A stretch of DNA of 64,000 bases from an uncultured Treponema sp. (GCA_937893155.1 CALBGU010000081.1:9633-73632); one strand, 5' to 3'; positions 26,701 to 36,023 are shown, counted from the first letter of the stretch. Notes: generated by a model not told the origin, from the sequence alone. Made by a program: numbers and translations.

Positions 26701-29506
26701 TCTCTGCGCTCAGTGCGCCGGCAATTTCTATTTCCAGCGAATCACTTTGATAGCGGACGGCGCTTGAAACGGCGGCAAAAGCGGGGCTTGCCGTCGATGC
26801 GTCGGCATAAGATGAGTCAGGGGAATACGACCAGCGCCCTGCAGTGCTTATGTCTGCTGACAATCCTGGGAAAAACTCGTAGCGAAAGCCCGCCGCTCCT
26901 GTAACAGCGCCTGTTGCAGAGTACCCCGTCTCTTCATACCAGATGATACGCACTTTGTCGCCTGCGCCCACCGCAACCGACGGCGTAACATACCCGCTGT
27001 CACGGTCGTAACGTGCATTTGTGTCGGCGATGTCGTTGATGTAAACAGAAACATCGGCTGCCTTCGTGCCGATTTCATAGCCGACAGTCTCGGTATACGA
27101 TGTCGTCTGAATAATAAGGTCACAATCTTCGGGAAATCCCAGATAAAAGCCCGGGAAACTGTCGGCGAGCGGAAAGCGCGAGGATGCCGCATACGAGGAA
27201 GAGTCGGCGTAAAGCTCGATGAGCGCATTTTCATCGCCGCCCTCCTTGTCGATGACTGCGGCAAGATATACCGCGCTTTCGGTTTTGGTGGATTCTGAAA
27301 TCACCGCCGCATTTACGATGTCGGTCGCCCCCACATCATACAGCGAACACACTGCAAACGGCGAAAAACCCGCGGGGCTTTGCAGCACAAGGGCAAACTC
27401 AGATGAAATTTCCGTGAAAAAATCATACGCATAGCGTTTTATATCCACGGAATGCCCATTTTGCCCAAAAAACGCCTGTACCTCGCCCAAAAAAGAGCCC
27501 GCGTCGCCCCAATCACCGAGCGCACTCTGAATTTCGCTCTGTTTTTTTGTGCGGAACGTTACCAGCACCGCAGGAAGCTCGCCAGAATCCGTGCGCGACG
27601 CTTTTGCGCTGTCAGAAAACGTTATTGTTTGCTCGTGCACGGAAATAATATATTCGTCGGTGTTGAGTTTTCGGAATTTTCGCTTTCCCGCGCGGTAACT
27701 TCCGCTGTCGCTTTCCACAAAAACAGCGTCAATATCACGGATTGCCTCTGCCGGAAGCTCATATTTATAGCCCGTCTCATAGCCAGAAATTGCTATTTCT
27801 TGGGTATCTTCGGCAAAATCTCCGTAAAAAGTGCGGCTCCGCGCCTGCATCATATCGTAACGCAAAACGGTGTCTGCTTTCCATTTTTCGCCTTCAAAAT
27901 GAAGCAAAAATCCTGGAGATTCGTTTTCTCCGCCGCCGATGCTTTTTTGAAACAAATGTATCGAATATTCGCCCGGAAACGTAATGCCGCGATTTGCAAT
28001 GCGCGCATGCTTCAAATAACCGTTCCCGATATATCCCGCCGCAATCGTGTTTGTATCAAATTCATCTGCAAAATCCGCCTCGAAATACCACATTCGATTC
28101 AGCAAAAAATAAATCGACATATCCACATCTTGCGTAAACACAGGACTTTCGGTTGTGGACTCAAAACCGTTGCCGTATCCGCCCGAAATGCCCGCGCCCG
28201 TTTCCACCGAGGAATACCAATGCCCGCGAATATCTAATTCAAGATTTTCATCATTTGAAACAAATTTTGACTGCGCTTTTGCCGAATTAGAAAAAATAAT
28301 TAAAAACAACAAAAAAAACGGCAACAAAAATGATTTTTGCTTAGGCTTCAAAAGCCGTGCTTTCATAATTTTGAGCGATGGATTTTTTTTCTCCATTTCA
28401 AAAATAATGCGGTCAAGTTTTTTCTTTTTTTCGCTTCCCAAATCAAATAATTCGCCTTGCAGTTTTTTTTCATCTTCCACATTTTGCACGCCGATTCCAA
28501 TCAACCTGACGGATTTTCCCTGCTTCATTTTGCTCCAAAACAGCCGTTTCGCTCGGTCAAAAAGGTCGTCCGTCGAAGAAACATACTCATCATGCGTGCT
28601 TTGAACCGAAACGGTAGAAAAATCGCCGTATCGGATTTTTACGCACACGGTTCTGCCCGTCTGCCCCGCGTCATACAGCCTATACATCACGTCCTGCGCG
28701 ATTTCCAGAAGACGTGAATCTATCGCGTCGCGGTCGGTCAAATCCGCAGGAAAAGTGCGCTCCGCACTCACGGAATGGCTTTCCGGCTCTGCCCCCATAT
28801 TTTCGTCCTCAATACCGTGAGAAGCGTTGTACAAAAATTTTCCACACGCCTTTCCAAAATTGGATTGCAAACTTTGCAACGTTGCTTTATTCAGCGCAGA
28901 AATGCTTGAAAATCCCGCAGCACGAATTTTTGCAAGCGTTTTTTCACCAGCTCCCCATAATTTTTCGAGCGGAATTGACAACATAAAATCTTCTTCTTTG
29001 CCGCGCGGCACAACAAAAAATCCATTCGGCTTTCGCATTCCCGACGCAATTTTTGCAATATACTGCGTTGATGCCAGCCCCACGCTGACTGTCAGCCCCG
29101 TTTTTTCAAAGATTTCAGATTTTACTTTTCTGGCAACTTTCACTGGAGGTCCCAGCAATTTTTCCATTCCCGTTAAATCAACCAGCGCCTCGTCTATGGA
29201 CATTTGAATGACCGTCGGCGAATATTGTGATAAAATTCGCATTATTTCGCGGGATTTTTCACGATACCGCTCCATTCTTGGACGCACAAAAATCGCCTGC
29301 GGGCAAAGACGAACCGCCCGAGAAACCGGCATTGCGGAATGAACACCAAACGCCCGCGCCTCATAAGACGCAGTGGACACAACACTCCGCTCATCACCCG
29401 GAAGACCGCCGACAACGACGGGTTTCCCACGATAATACGGATTGTCGAGTTGTTCGACCGAGGCAAAAAAAGCGTCCATATCCACATGCAAATACACGCC
29501 GCTCAT
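23786..29506 (-). CDS. dinB: DNA polymerase IV (aa 1 to ~390) fused to a signal-peptide-like segment and a ~1500-aa putative outer-membrane beta-barrel protein
   Basis: HVDMDAFFASVEQ, SYEARAFGVHSAM, SIDEA, AKIASGMRKPNG, little finger (SVSAERTF...VRLIGIGV) and clamp motif QGELF. Then KPKQKS-FLLPFFLLFLIIF-SNSAKA|Q. The C-terminal half is rich in amphipathic strands and ends ...SASVKITF. Confidence 0.9.
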   Translation of the reverse strand: MSGVYLHVDMDAFFASVEQLDNPYYRGKPVVVGGLPGDERSVVSTASYEARAFGVHSAMPVSRAVRLCPQAIFVRPRMERYREKSREIMRILSQYSPTVIQMSIDEALVDLTGMEKLLGPPVKVARKVKSEIFEKTGLTVSVGLASTQYIAKIASGMRKPNGFFVVPRGKEEDFMLSIPLEKLWGAGEKTLAKIRAAGFSSISALNKATLQSLQSNFGKACGKFLYNASHGIEDENMGAEPESHSVSAERTFPADLTDRDAIDSRLLEIAQDVMYRLYDAGQTGRTVCVKIRYGDFSTVSVQSTHDEYVSSTDDLFDRAKRLFWSKMKQGKSVRLIGIGVQNVEDEKKLQGELFDLGSEKKKKLDRIIFEMEKKNPSLKIMKARLLKPKQKSFLLPFFLLFLIIFSNSAKAQSKFVSNDENLELDIRGHWYSSVETGAGISGGYGNGFESTTESPVFTQDVDMSIYFLLNRMWYFEADFADEFDTNTIAAGYIGNGYLKHARIANRGITFPGEYSIHLFQKSIGGGENESPGFLLHFEGEKWKADTVLRYDMMQARSRTFYGDFAEDTQEIAISGYETGYKYELPAEAIRDIDAVFVESDSGSYRAGKRKFRKLNTDEYIISVHEQTITFSDSAKASRTDSGELPAVLVTFRTKKQSEIQSALGDWGDAGSFLGEVQAFFGQNGHSVDIKRYAYDFFTEISSEFALVLQSPAGFSPFAVCSLYDVGATDIVNAAVISESTKTESAVYLAAVIDKEGGDENALIELYADSSSYAASSRFPLADSFPGFYLGFPEDCDLIIQTTSYTETVGYEIGTKAADVSVYINDIADTNARYDRDSGYVTPSVAVGAGDKVRIIWYEETGYSATGAVTGAAGFRYEFFPGLSADISTAGRWSYSPDSSYADASTASPAFAAVSSAVRYQSDSLEIEIAGALSAETDNTTGLYRILGMDENSAETNTLSESAGVSVPAGIEPVLNARPFGSADSSFSLPIELSESKKDSASVDSGTKDSAVSGYAIPIDWNFSAIRATADNPAWRAVTIALGSAGTALASAQTFSIALKNENPSAFSADTPVEIFLQLGVNSDADFSAESCEAIPTWLVSKASSDVLRSFSLGESGWQTVTVRLTDEDRAFLGTFTGARLIVASSSTEKNASGKLKAGVFEIAGTSFAVSADGFSTTVREDTPASVSAEWGVSVGAISDSTVSTFNTSANSVAGIKWQKETDISSSNTYITLSQYVDETDISGYKNLAFYVFLTQSLESDDALTFSFVRQTDAGSDEVENAVNCVISGENLSKDSWHKVEVDLKSEKVYVDSDFAGRASVDTDVIASKLIVKLNADGADSGCFFIDELHLSEISPDLAAKSAVTLNYQKDGAIVSLGDAEILHDFFVKTSANTSNGTKKTQASESVAAGIGIWKVDIGGNEAHRSDSNYMFSSVGHFAQTNDAIFGIFDFSEAYQLDNEGKKQKKSNSLALELPVAHLEGSSQTIASTIYKTQDACVSAESDIDRLHIEAEATVYQKIKANYSSEYSESYADNTKFQFDAGKSDAKKRKTTGNATVFYKFNALKFTPELHAEAADTYTLSSSAKQTDYTQYLLTLPLTIGKQRFSLSYMREGGGNAKVNAGGSYTEDAKYLLTADRMYLYTAIPCNDLVNTKLADTMLESSSASSSTQYYYATYAASWRRAAADSALDLVIPSSINASFARQITASSTKNDIYNAKASISYSANNVLGSYSALRLFKWYNEDEFGAHFSSAVKIPRAAPEDYTFSHSAELTSAFFFSKKDSFKTALEGTVESDDAWSAKCTFSYKRERKTSPLVSFVQMCKPSLDVSSVSVTKIDSLKFTASQKKSTTTTNARYKRAQSVVYTHESDAAFSKYLTVVTVVSPEFSNVSDSLIYAGITLSASVKITF

Positions 29507-31425
29507 ACAGAATCCCCTGATTTTTTTGCAGTGGAATCATCATTTTTTTCGTTCGTAGAAAGTTTTACTGTTTCTTTTGTAACAGTATTATCATCAGTTT
29601 TTAGCCACGCTGTTATTGTTATCACGGTCGTAGAAGTGTTATCGGCAGAATAATCAAGCAAAAAATCTTGAGCGGGATTATCTGGCAGCAAAAAATACGC
29701 CGAATGTGCATTATGGCGGATTTCAAACTCAAATGAACAGTCATAAACAGGCGAGCCTTCAAGCGAATTTGCCGAAATCTCATAGCGTAAAACAGGAAAA
29801 TCGGAAAAAATACGCAAATGTTTTGTATACATACCAAGAAATTCCGTTTCAGTTATCTCTGCGCGGATATGGTCCGCAGTTTTCGATTCCGCCAAAATCA
29901 TTTCGTTCGTTTCCGTTTTTACACGAAAATAGCGTTCTTGAAACTTTTCGGTAGCAAGCGCAAGTGCAAAAATCAATAAAGCCGAAAAGACCAAAAGCAC
30001 AAATGCGAATTTTAAGATTATTTTCTTTTTTCTAATTAAAATGCGAACCCACATAAAAACAAACGGCAACAAAACCATACAAAACAGAAGATTTGAAAAC
30101 GGGCTACAAATCGCTACAGAATAGAGATTTTCGGGAGGAATGAAGCGCAAAGATTCTATGCTGTACGGTATAAAAGGCAAAATCATAAGCGCAATACTTA
30201 CGATAAGCGGAACCATTGAGCGGAGTGTTCTTGAAATGTAGGTTAAAAAATATTCCAATCCAAAAAGCAAAACAAATGACACATCAATAGATGAGAAAAT
30301 GCAAATATTTAAAATTTCCACCGTATCTATCAAATACGGGAATGATTTTTCAGAAAATGAAATAATAAAAATGCGCGACTGAATGATGTAAAAAAGCGAT
30401 GTAATGACAAACGTCAAAAGCATTTTTATACCAATTATTCTCGGAATAGAAAGGTCTTTGTACGCGATAATTTTTCCCACAATGAACTGCGAAATCTCGA
30501 TTGCGCCGAATGTGACAGCGATTGTTACAGGAATAAACGCAAATGTTTTGAAAAACGCCGTGCGCCGTTTGTAGCTGTCAGTTCCGAATAAAAAAGAAAC
30601 TTCGCAAAGCAAAAAAAGAGCAACAGCAACAATAAAAATCAAGACATTCGCAAAAATTTTTTCGGTTATCCAAAATCGGTATTCTTTTACCTGTAAGGAA
30701 ATATAATGGCTATTCCACTGTACATCACTACGTTTTTCAGCAGAAACAAAATCGATAATTGCTGCAATTTCGGGGGTATTTGCGCGGATTATCAGCGACA
30801 CCGCCGGGATTTCATTTTGCAAGAAAAGCGAAAGCCGCTCATTTTTTTTTGCCAATCCTAAGCGATAAATCGGGAAAAATAAATGAGGCATTTTCAAGTG
30901 CAAACCATTTTTATAAAAAGAATCTGAAATATCTTTTACCAACGAAAAGGGCGCAATTTTTTCATCAGAACCAGCAACAAGAGCATTTTCGTCCCCAAAA
31001 TCCACCAGAAGCACAGAAACGCCGTCGCTCGTATCCAGCCGAGATAAAAATGCACTCGTTCCGCATTGCAAAAGATTGGGTGCCATTTCTTTTACCGGCG
31101 GCTTTTTATCGTTAGCGGCAAAAAGAACCGTAACCCCCGTTTTTAGATTTGCCGCAGAAAGTGAATCCAACAAAATTTTTGTGCCGTCGTCATAAAAATC
31201 CAAGGCAGATTCTTTTTCTATATCAATAATAAGCGATATTTTTCCATCTTCTCCCAAAAAATCCAACAAAATATTTTCTGGGAAAAATTCTCCGCCAGAC
31301 GGCACAAGACTTTGCGTTTTCGGAGAAAATCCATCGCGTTCAAGCCGTTCAAAAAGCGTATCGGCGGCAAGCGGCACGTGAAAAAAGAGAAAAAAAAGGG
31401 CAATTTTGAAAAAAATCTTTTGCAT
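29503..31425 (-). CDS. Polytopic membrane protein with a probably inactive M28-peptidase-like exported domain
   Basis: Signal peptide, ~230-aa soluble domain (VTVLFAAND, GTSAFL, FLQNEIPAVSL), about 8 TMs and a beta-rich C-terminus; ATGA overlap with dinB. Confidence 0.6.
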   Translation of the reverse strand: MQKIFFKIALFFLFFHVPLAADTLFERLERDGFSPKTQSLVPSGGEFFPENILLDFLGEDGKISLIIDIEKESALDFYDDGTKILLDSLSAANLKTGVTVLFAANDKKPPVKEMAPNLLQCGTSAFLSRLDTSDGVSVLLVDFGDENALVAGSDEKIAPFSLVKDISDSFYKNGLHLKMPHLFFPIYRLGLAKKNERLSLFLQNEIPAVSLIIRANTPEIAAIIDFVSAEKRSDVQWNSHYISLQVKEYRFWITEKIFANVLIFIVAVALFLLCEVSFLFGTDSYKRRTAFFKTFAFIPVTIAVTFGAIEISQFIVGKIIAYKDLSIPRIIGIKMLLTFVITSLFYIIQSRIFIISFSEKSFPYLIDTVEILNICIFSSIDVSFVLLFGLEYFLTYISRTLRSMVPLIVSIALMILPFIPYSIESLRFIPPENLYSVAICSPFSNLLFCMVLLPFVFMWVRILIRKKKIILKFAFVLLVFSALLIFALALATEKFQERYFRVKTETNEMILAESKTADHIRAEITETEFLGMYTKHLRIFSDFPVLRYEISANSLEGSPVYDCSFEFEIRHNAHSAYFLLPDNPAQDFLLDYSADNTSTTVITITAWLKTDDNTVTKETVKLSTNEKNDDSTAKKSGDSV

Positions 31426-31509
31426 AGTTGGCTTCTATTATAATTTACTCTAATAAGTGTTTACTTTTCAAGGTCTGTCCGTTATAATTTACGATAGGAG
31501 TAACGCATA

Positions 31510-32673
31510 ATGTGTGCACAAGAGAAAAAATTTTTATTAAATATTCCGCTTAAATTGATTTTGACAGATGAAGGCACGAGTCATTTTATAAGCAACAACA
31601 AAAAACTAATGCGAATAAAATTGGCAGATAATCGCGAAAAATTCGGTATCAGTTTAACAAATTTTTCACCGATTTCCGTGCAAAATATGATTTTGCTTGA
31701 TTATGTCAAAAATATCGAAATTTCTATGCCAGAATTTGTTTCTCGACGGCAGGAAGTTATGGATTTGTCAAAAGTTGTGGTGTATTCATTGATGTACAAG
31801 CAATTCAATCACGAACTTTTTAGCAAATTGGTTGCCTGCGAATGTGTCAGAAAATACAATCGCTCAAATCCAACGCAGATTTTGGACGAGCAGACGCAGA
31901 TTTCCGAGAAAGAGCTATTGCGGCTTATGCCAAACAGAAATATCGTTATCAAAAAAGCAAAAAAAATGATTCTTGACCCCATTTGGAAAGACATCATGGA
32001 AAATGCGGATTATACGCCCGAAGAGCGCAATTTGTATCTTTTGATGACCGAAAAATTTTTGGACAGAATGAACAACATCAGTTGGTTCATTGTAACAAAA
32101 TTTGCAAAAGATGACGGATTCCCGCAAATCGAAAAGGAACTTCGCGCCAAGCTCACCGAATATATGGAAAAATCCCAGCTTGCCGAATACATTTCGCTTA
32201 TGGTGATGGAACTCGCGCTGAGCAACGAAAATGCAAATTTGCACAAAAAAGCCGCCGTTATGTTCAACGGTATGGTTGACGATGTGGAAGAACTGCTGCG
32301 CGACCCAAAAGAGCGGCTCAGGCTGATAAACCAACTCGTAAAAGACAACGAACTGGTGTATATTTCGTGGCAAATCGGCGGAAATTCCACCACGTCGGTC
32401 GGAAATCGCGGAAAACTCGAAATCTCGCTTTACAACAAGGCAGGCGAATTTGAAGAAGTAAAAGCAAGTGTTGAATCCGCAATGGTCGAGGGGACTACAA
32501 AAAAATCTTTGGTTGATTTTTACCGAGCTTCAAACGGCGATAACCAAAATCTCGGGTTGAGCTATTTGTCGTATGTTGACGAGGCTTGTAAAAAAGTGGG
32601 CGTACGATTTGAGTCCATGGTAAAACAATTTTCAAACGATTTGACAGCAACAAAGCTCAATTTTGATTTCTGA
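31510..32673 (+). CDS. Hypothetical cytoplasmic protein, possible degenerate GHKL/HATPase-like C-terminus
   Basis: AGGAG RBS; 387 aa; LMVMELALSNENAN and NLGLSYL segments. Confidence 0.75.
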   Translation: MCAQEKKFLLNIPLKLILTDEGTSHFISNNKKLMRIKLADNREKFGISLTNFSPISVQNMILLDYVKNIEISMPEFVSRRQEVMDLSKVVVYSLMYKQFNHELFSKLVACECVRKYNRSNPTQILDEQTQISEKELLRLMPNRNIVIKKAKKMILDPIWKDIMENADYTPEERNLYLLMTEKFLDRMNNISWFIVTKFAKDDGFPQIEKELRAKLTEYMEKSQLAEYISLMVMELALSNENANLHKKAAVMFNGMVDDVEELLRDPKERLRLINQLVKDNELVYISWQIGGNSTTSVGNRGKLEISLYNKAGEFEEVKASVESAMVEGTTKKSLVDFYRASNGDNQNLGLSYLSYVDEACKKVGVRFESMVKQFSNDLTATKLNFDF

Positions 32674-33323
32674 TGTCTGCAAAAAAAAGCCGTTTCTTTT
32701 TGATTTTTGCAATTTTGCCGTTTTTGACCAGCTGTAGCAACGTCGTCTGCGATGTTTCAGATGTTCAGGCGACGGTGGTTTTTGATTATCACGATGAAGA
32801 ATCCCTGCCCGACTCAAGAACGTGCATTTTTGTAAAAATCGACGGCGATGTTTCCCGCACCGAAAGCATAAAAATCGTAAACACCGAAAATAAATACGAA
32901 TGGCGAGTTGAAAATCCAACGCTGCTGCAATCAAAAGCAGGAGACTGGGCAGGCTCGGCAAATGTGCGCGGAGAGGGCGAAAATGCGCTTCCACAAGGAA
33001 ATTATCGGCTCCATTACAAAAATATGGCGGGAGAAGAAGCCGAAATGGATTTTTCGGTAATATATCCGGCACAGTTTTCAGAACAGCAAGCGACGGATTT
33101 TCCAAAAGCACTCACCGATGATTCTTTGACGTTCTCTGAAAAAATCGCGGTATACGATAAAAACGGTGATTTACTTTTTTTTGGAAACATCGAAAAAAAC
33201 ACGGATTCCATTTTGAAAAAATTCCCTGATGCCGATTTTATACGCGTTTGTTACGAGGATAATTCCAAAAAATATATGTGTTTTATGCCGCCTGAGTATC
33301 TTGAAAAAAAAGCGGAAAACTAA
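32673..33323 (+). CDS. Putative lipoprotein
   Basis: Basic N-terminus, hydrophobic core and lipobox FLTS-C; TGATG overlap with the upstream gene. Confidence 0.8.
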   Translation: MSAKKSRFFLIFAILPFLTSCSNVVCDVSDVQATVVFDYHDEESLPDSRTCIFVKIDGDVSRTESIKIVNTENKYEWRVENPTLLQSKAGDWAGSANVRGEGENALPQGNYRLHYKNMAGEEAEMDFSVIYPAQFSEQQATDFPKALTDDSLTFSEKIAVYDKNGDLLFFGNIEKNTDSILKKFPDADFIRVCYEDNSKKYMCFMPPEYLEKKAEN

Positions 33324-33363
33324 CATGCTGTCATTGCTAAGATAATCAATCTAAATCTTTATT

Positions 33364-34083
33364 ATGGAAGAAAATATGAGCGAAACGACAATCGAAGAAA
33401 ATGCAAGCAATACAACGATGCGAGCAATTCACACTTATGTTATTCGCGCAGGACGAATGACCAGCGCGCAAAAAAATGACTACGAACAGCTTTCGGAGCA
33501 ATGGTGCATTCCATTTGCAAGCGAAACGCTGGATTTCAGCGCACTGTTCGGCAACAACAATCCTGTTATTATCGAAATCGGTTTTGGCATGGGGCACGCA
33601 ACAGCGCAGATAGCCGCAGAAAATCCCGAGATAAATTATGTGGGCTTGGAAGTGCATAAACCTGGCATTGGGCGGCTTTTGGGCGAAATCAGAACGCGAA
33701 ATCTGAAAAATATCCGCATTATTGAGCACGATGCTATTGAAGTGCTTGAAAAAATGGTTGCAGACGGCTCAGTGAACGGCTTTCACGTTTTTTTTCCTGA
33801 CCCGTGGCCGAAAAAAAAGCACCACAAACGCCGTCTGATGCAGCGCCCGCGCACCAATCTTTTGGCAAAAAAACTGCACATCGGCGGCTACATTTATATG
33901 GCGACGGATTGGGTGCCGTATGCCGAAAGCGCGCTTGAAGAATTGACGGCAACCGAGGGCATTCAGAACAAATACGACGGTTTTGCGCCGCACCAGATAT
34001 GGAGACCGGAAACAAAATTTGAGCAAAAAGGGATTCGTGCAGCACACGAAATCCGTGAACTTTTCTTTGAAAAACAGGCGTAA
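33364..34083 (+). CDS. trmB: tRNA (guanine-N7)-methyltransferase
   Basis: EIGFGMG, FPDPWPKKKHHKRRL, ATDW and TKFE motifs. Confidence 0.97.
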   Translation: MEENMSETTIEENASNTTMRAIHTYVIRAGRMTSAQKNDYEQLSEQWCIPFASETLDFSALFGNNNPVIIEIGFGMGHATAQIAAENPEINYVGLEVHKPGIGRLLGEIRTRNLKNIRIIEHDAIEVLEKMVADGSVNGFHVFFPDPWPKKKHHKRRLMQRPRTNLLAKKLHIGGYIYMATDWVPYAESALEELTATEGIQNKYDGFAPHQIWRPETKFEQKGIRAAHEIRELFFEKQA

Positions 34084-34085
34084 AA

Positions 34086-36008
34086 ATGAGCGAATCACAT
34101 CTTTTTGACGACACAGCATTTCGGGCGGCGGAACTTGCCACACTGATAAAAAAATATCAAGATTCTTATTACAACGGCGAGGGCGAAATTTCAGACGCAG
34201 AATTTGATAAACTCTGGGACGAACTCAAAGCAATCGACCCCGAAAATCCTATTTTGCACCGCGTAGGTGCGGATTCTGGCGCATTTGCAAAATCCCGCCA
34301 CGTTATGCCGATGGGAAGTCAGGAAAAAGCGGCAAATCCCGCGCAATTTTTGGATTGGGCAAAAAAGCACGTTTACGACGAATATCTGGTTGAATACAAG
34401 CTGGACGGCGCAAGTCTGGAATTGCAATTCGAGCGCGGAAAACTCATTCGGGCAGTAACACGCGGCGACGGCACAATCGGAGACGACATCACCGCGAATG
34501 CGCTCAAAATGAACGGCGTGCTTGCTGAAATCCAAGGCGATTTTTCGGGCGGTGTGCGCGGCGAAGTGCTGATGTTTCACCGCGTTCACGATGAATTATA
34601 TGCCGACAAAGCGAATTGCCGCAATGCCGCAAATGGCGTGATGAAGCGAAAAGACGGTGTTGGAGCGGAGCACCTCAATTTTATCGCCTACGATGCACAG
34701 GCTTCTGACGCGGCAAAAAGCCCTTTTTTTGATGAAGAGCAAAAAATACACTGGCTTTCGGAATGTGGATTTGCTGTCGTGCCGCTCAAAATCGTGAAAA
34801 CAGCAGACGAGGTGATTTCGTATCGCGCCGAAGTTGCCCAAAATCGCAAAACCATTGATTACGACATCGACGGGCTGGTGGTCAAAGAGCGCACCATCGA
34901 CCGCGACGACGCATCTCGCGCCCGTCCCGACCGTCAAATTGCATTCAAGTTTGAGCTTGAGGAAGCCGAAACGACCGTGCGGAACGTGGAATGGAGCGAA
35001 TCAGGCGCAACGTACACCCCGATTGCCGAGTTCGACGCGGTAGAGCTCAACGGCACCACCGTGCAGCGCGCCAGCCTTGTAAACACAGGAAAAATTCGTG
35101 AACTTGGGCTAAAAATCGGTAGCCGCGTCATTGTGGTAAAACGCGGCGAGATTATCCCCAAAATCGAGCGAGTCACGGGCGAAAGTGACGGCACGCATCC
35201 CGTGTCTGTTCCCCAAAAATGCGCCGTCTGCGGCACTGCACTGGTGGACGAAGGGACGCGGTTGTATTGCCCGAACGTGCATTGCGCAAAACGGGAGCTT
35301 CACCAGCTTCTCAAATGGATTTCCGTCATCGACATTCGCGATTTGGGAACGACGCTCGCAGAAAAATTATTCGCCGACGGAAAAATCTCCACGATTTCGA
35401 GCCTGTATGCGCTGGACGAAAACACGCTTGTGCCGTATTTTTTGGACGAAAAAAGCATTTCTGCCGAAAAAACATCGCTCGGTGCAAAAAAAGTTGCCGC
35501 ATCAATTCAGGCACACCGAACCGTGAAGCTGTCGGCGTTTGTGGCAGGATTCGACATCGAGGGTATCGGCGAAACGCTCGTGGAAAAACTGATTGCGGCA
35601 GGCTACAACACGCTGGAATCGCTTTTGGCACTGACCGAAGAGCACGTTGCTTCGGTTGCGGGCTTTGCCGAAATTATGGCGCGGACGTTCGTTCTGGGAA
35701 TGGCGGAAAATGCCGAAGAAATGCGCGCGCTCATCAGCAGCGGCACGATTTCGATTGAGAATGAACAAGCAGGCGGTGCGCTTTCGGGATTGTCGTTCTG
35801 TTTTACGGGCGAACTTTCAATGAAACGCTCTGACGCGCAAAATCTGGTTAAATCGCTCGGGGGCACGGTAAAAACAAGCGTTGGAAAAGGCTTGAGCTAT
35901 CTGGTTACAAACGACACGGCAAGCGGCTCCACAAAAAACGCGAAAGCGGCAAAACTGGGCATTCCCGTCATTGACGAAGCCGAATTTCTGCGCCTCGCGG
36001 GAAAATAA
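34086..36008 (+). CDS. ligA: NAD-dependent DNA ligase
   Basis: KLDG, TRGDG, RNAANG, DGLVVK and IIPKI motifs, a C4 zinc finger and a BRCT domain (FCFTGEL). Confidence 0.98.
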   Translation: MSESHLFDDTAFRAAELATLIKKYQDSYYNGEGEISDAEFDKLWDELKAIDPENPILHRVGADSGAFAKSRHVMPMGSQEKAANPAQFLDWAKKHVYDEYLVEYKLDGASLELQFERGKLIRAVTRGDGTIGDDITANALKMNGVLAEIQGDFSGGVRGEVLMFHRVHDELYADKANCRNAANGVMKRKDGVGAEHLNFIAYDAQASDAAKSPFFDEEQKIHWLSECGFAVVPLKIVKTADEVISYRAEVAQNRKTIDYDIDGLVVKERTIDRDDASRARPDRQIAFKFELEEAETTVRNVEWSESGATYTPIAEFDAVELNGTTVQRASLVNTGKIRELGLKIGSRVIVVKRGEIIPKIERVTGESDGTHPVSVPQKCAVCGTALVDEGTRLYCPNVHCAKRELHQLLKWISVIDIRDLGTTLAEKLFADGKISTISSLYALDENTLVPYFLDEKSISAEKTSLGAKKVAASIQAHRTVKLSAFVAGFDIEGIGETLVEKLIAAGYNTLESLLALTEEHVASVAGFAEIMARTFVLGMAENAEEMRALISSGTISIENEQAGGALSGLSFCFTGELSMKRSDAQNLVKSLGGTVKTSVGKGLSYLVTNDTASGSTKNAKAAKLGIPVIDEAEFLRLAGK

Positions 36009-36023
36009 TAAGGAAGAGCAGCT

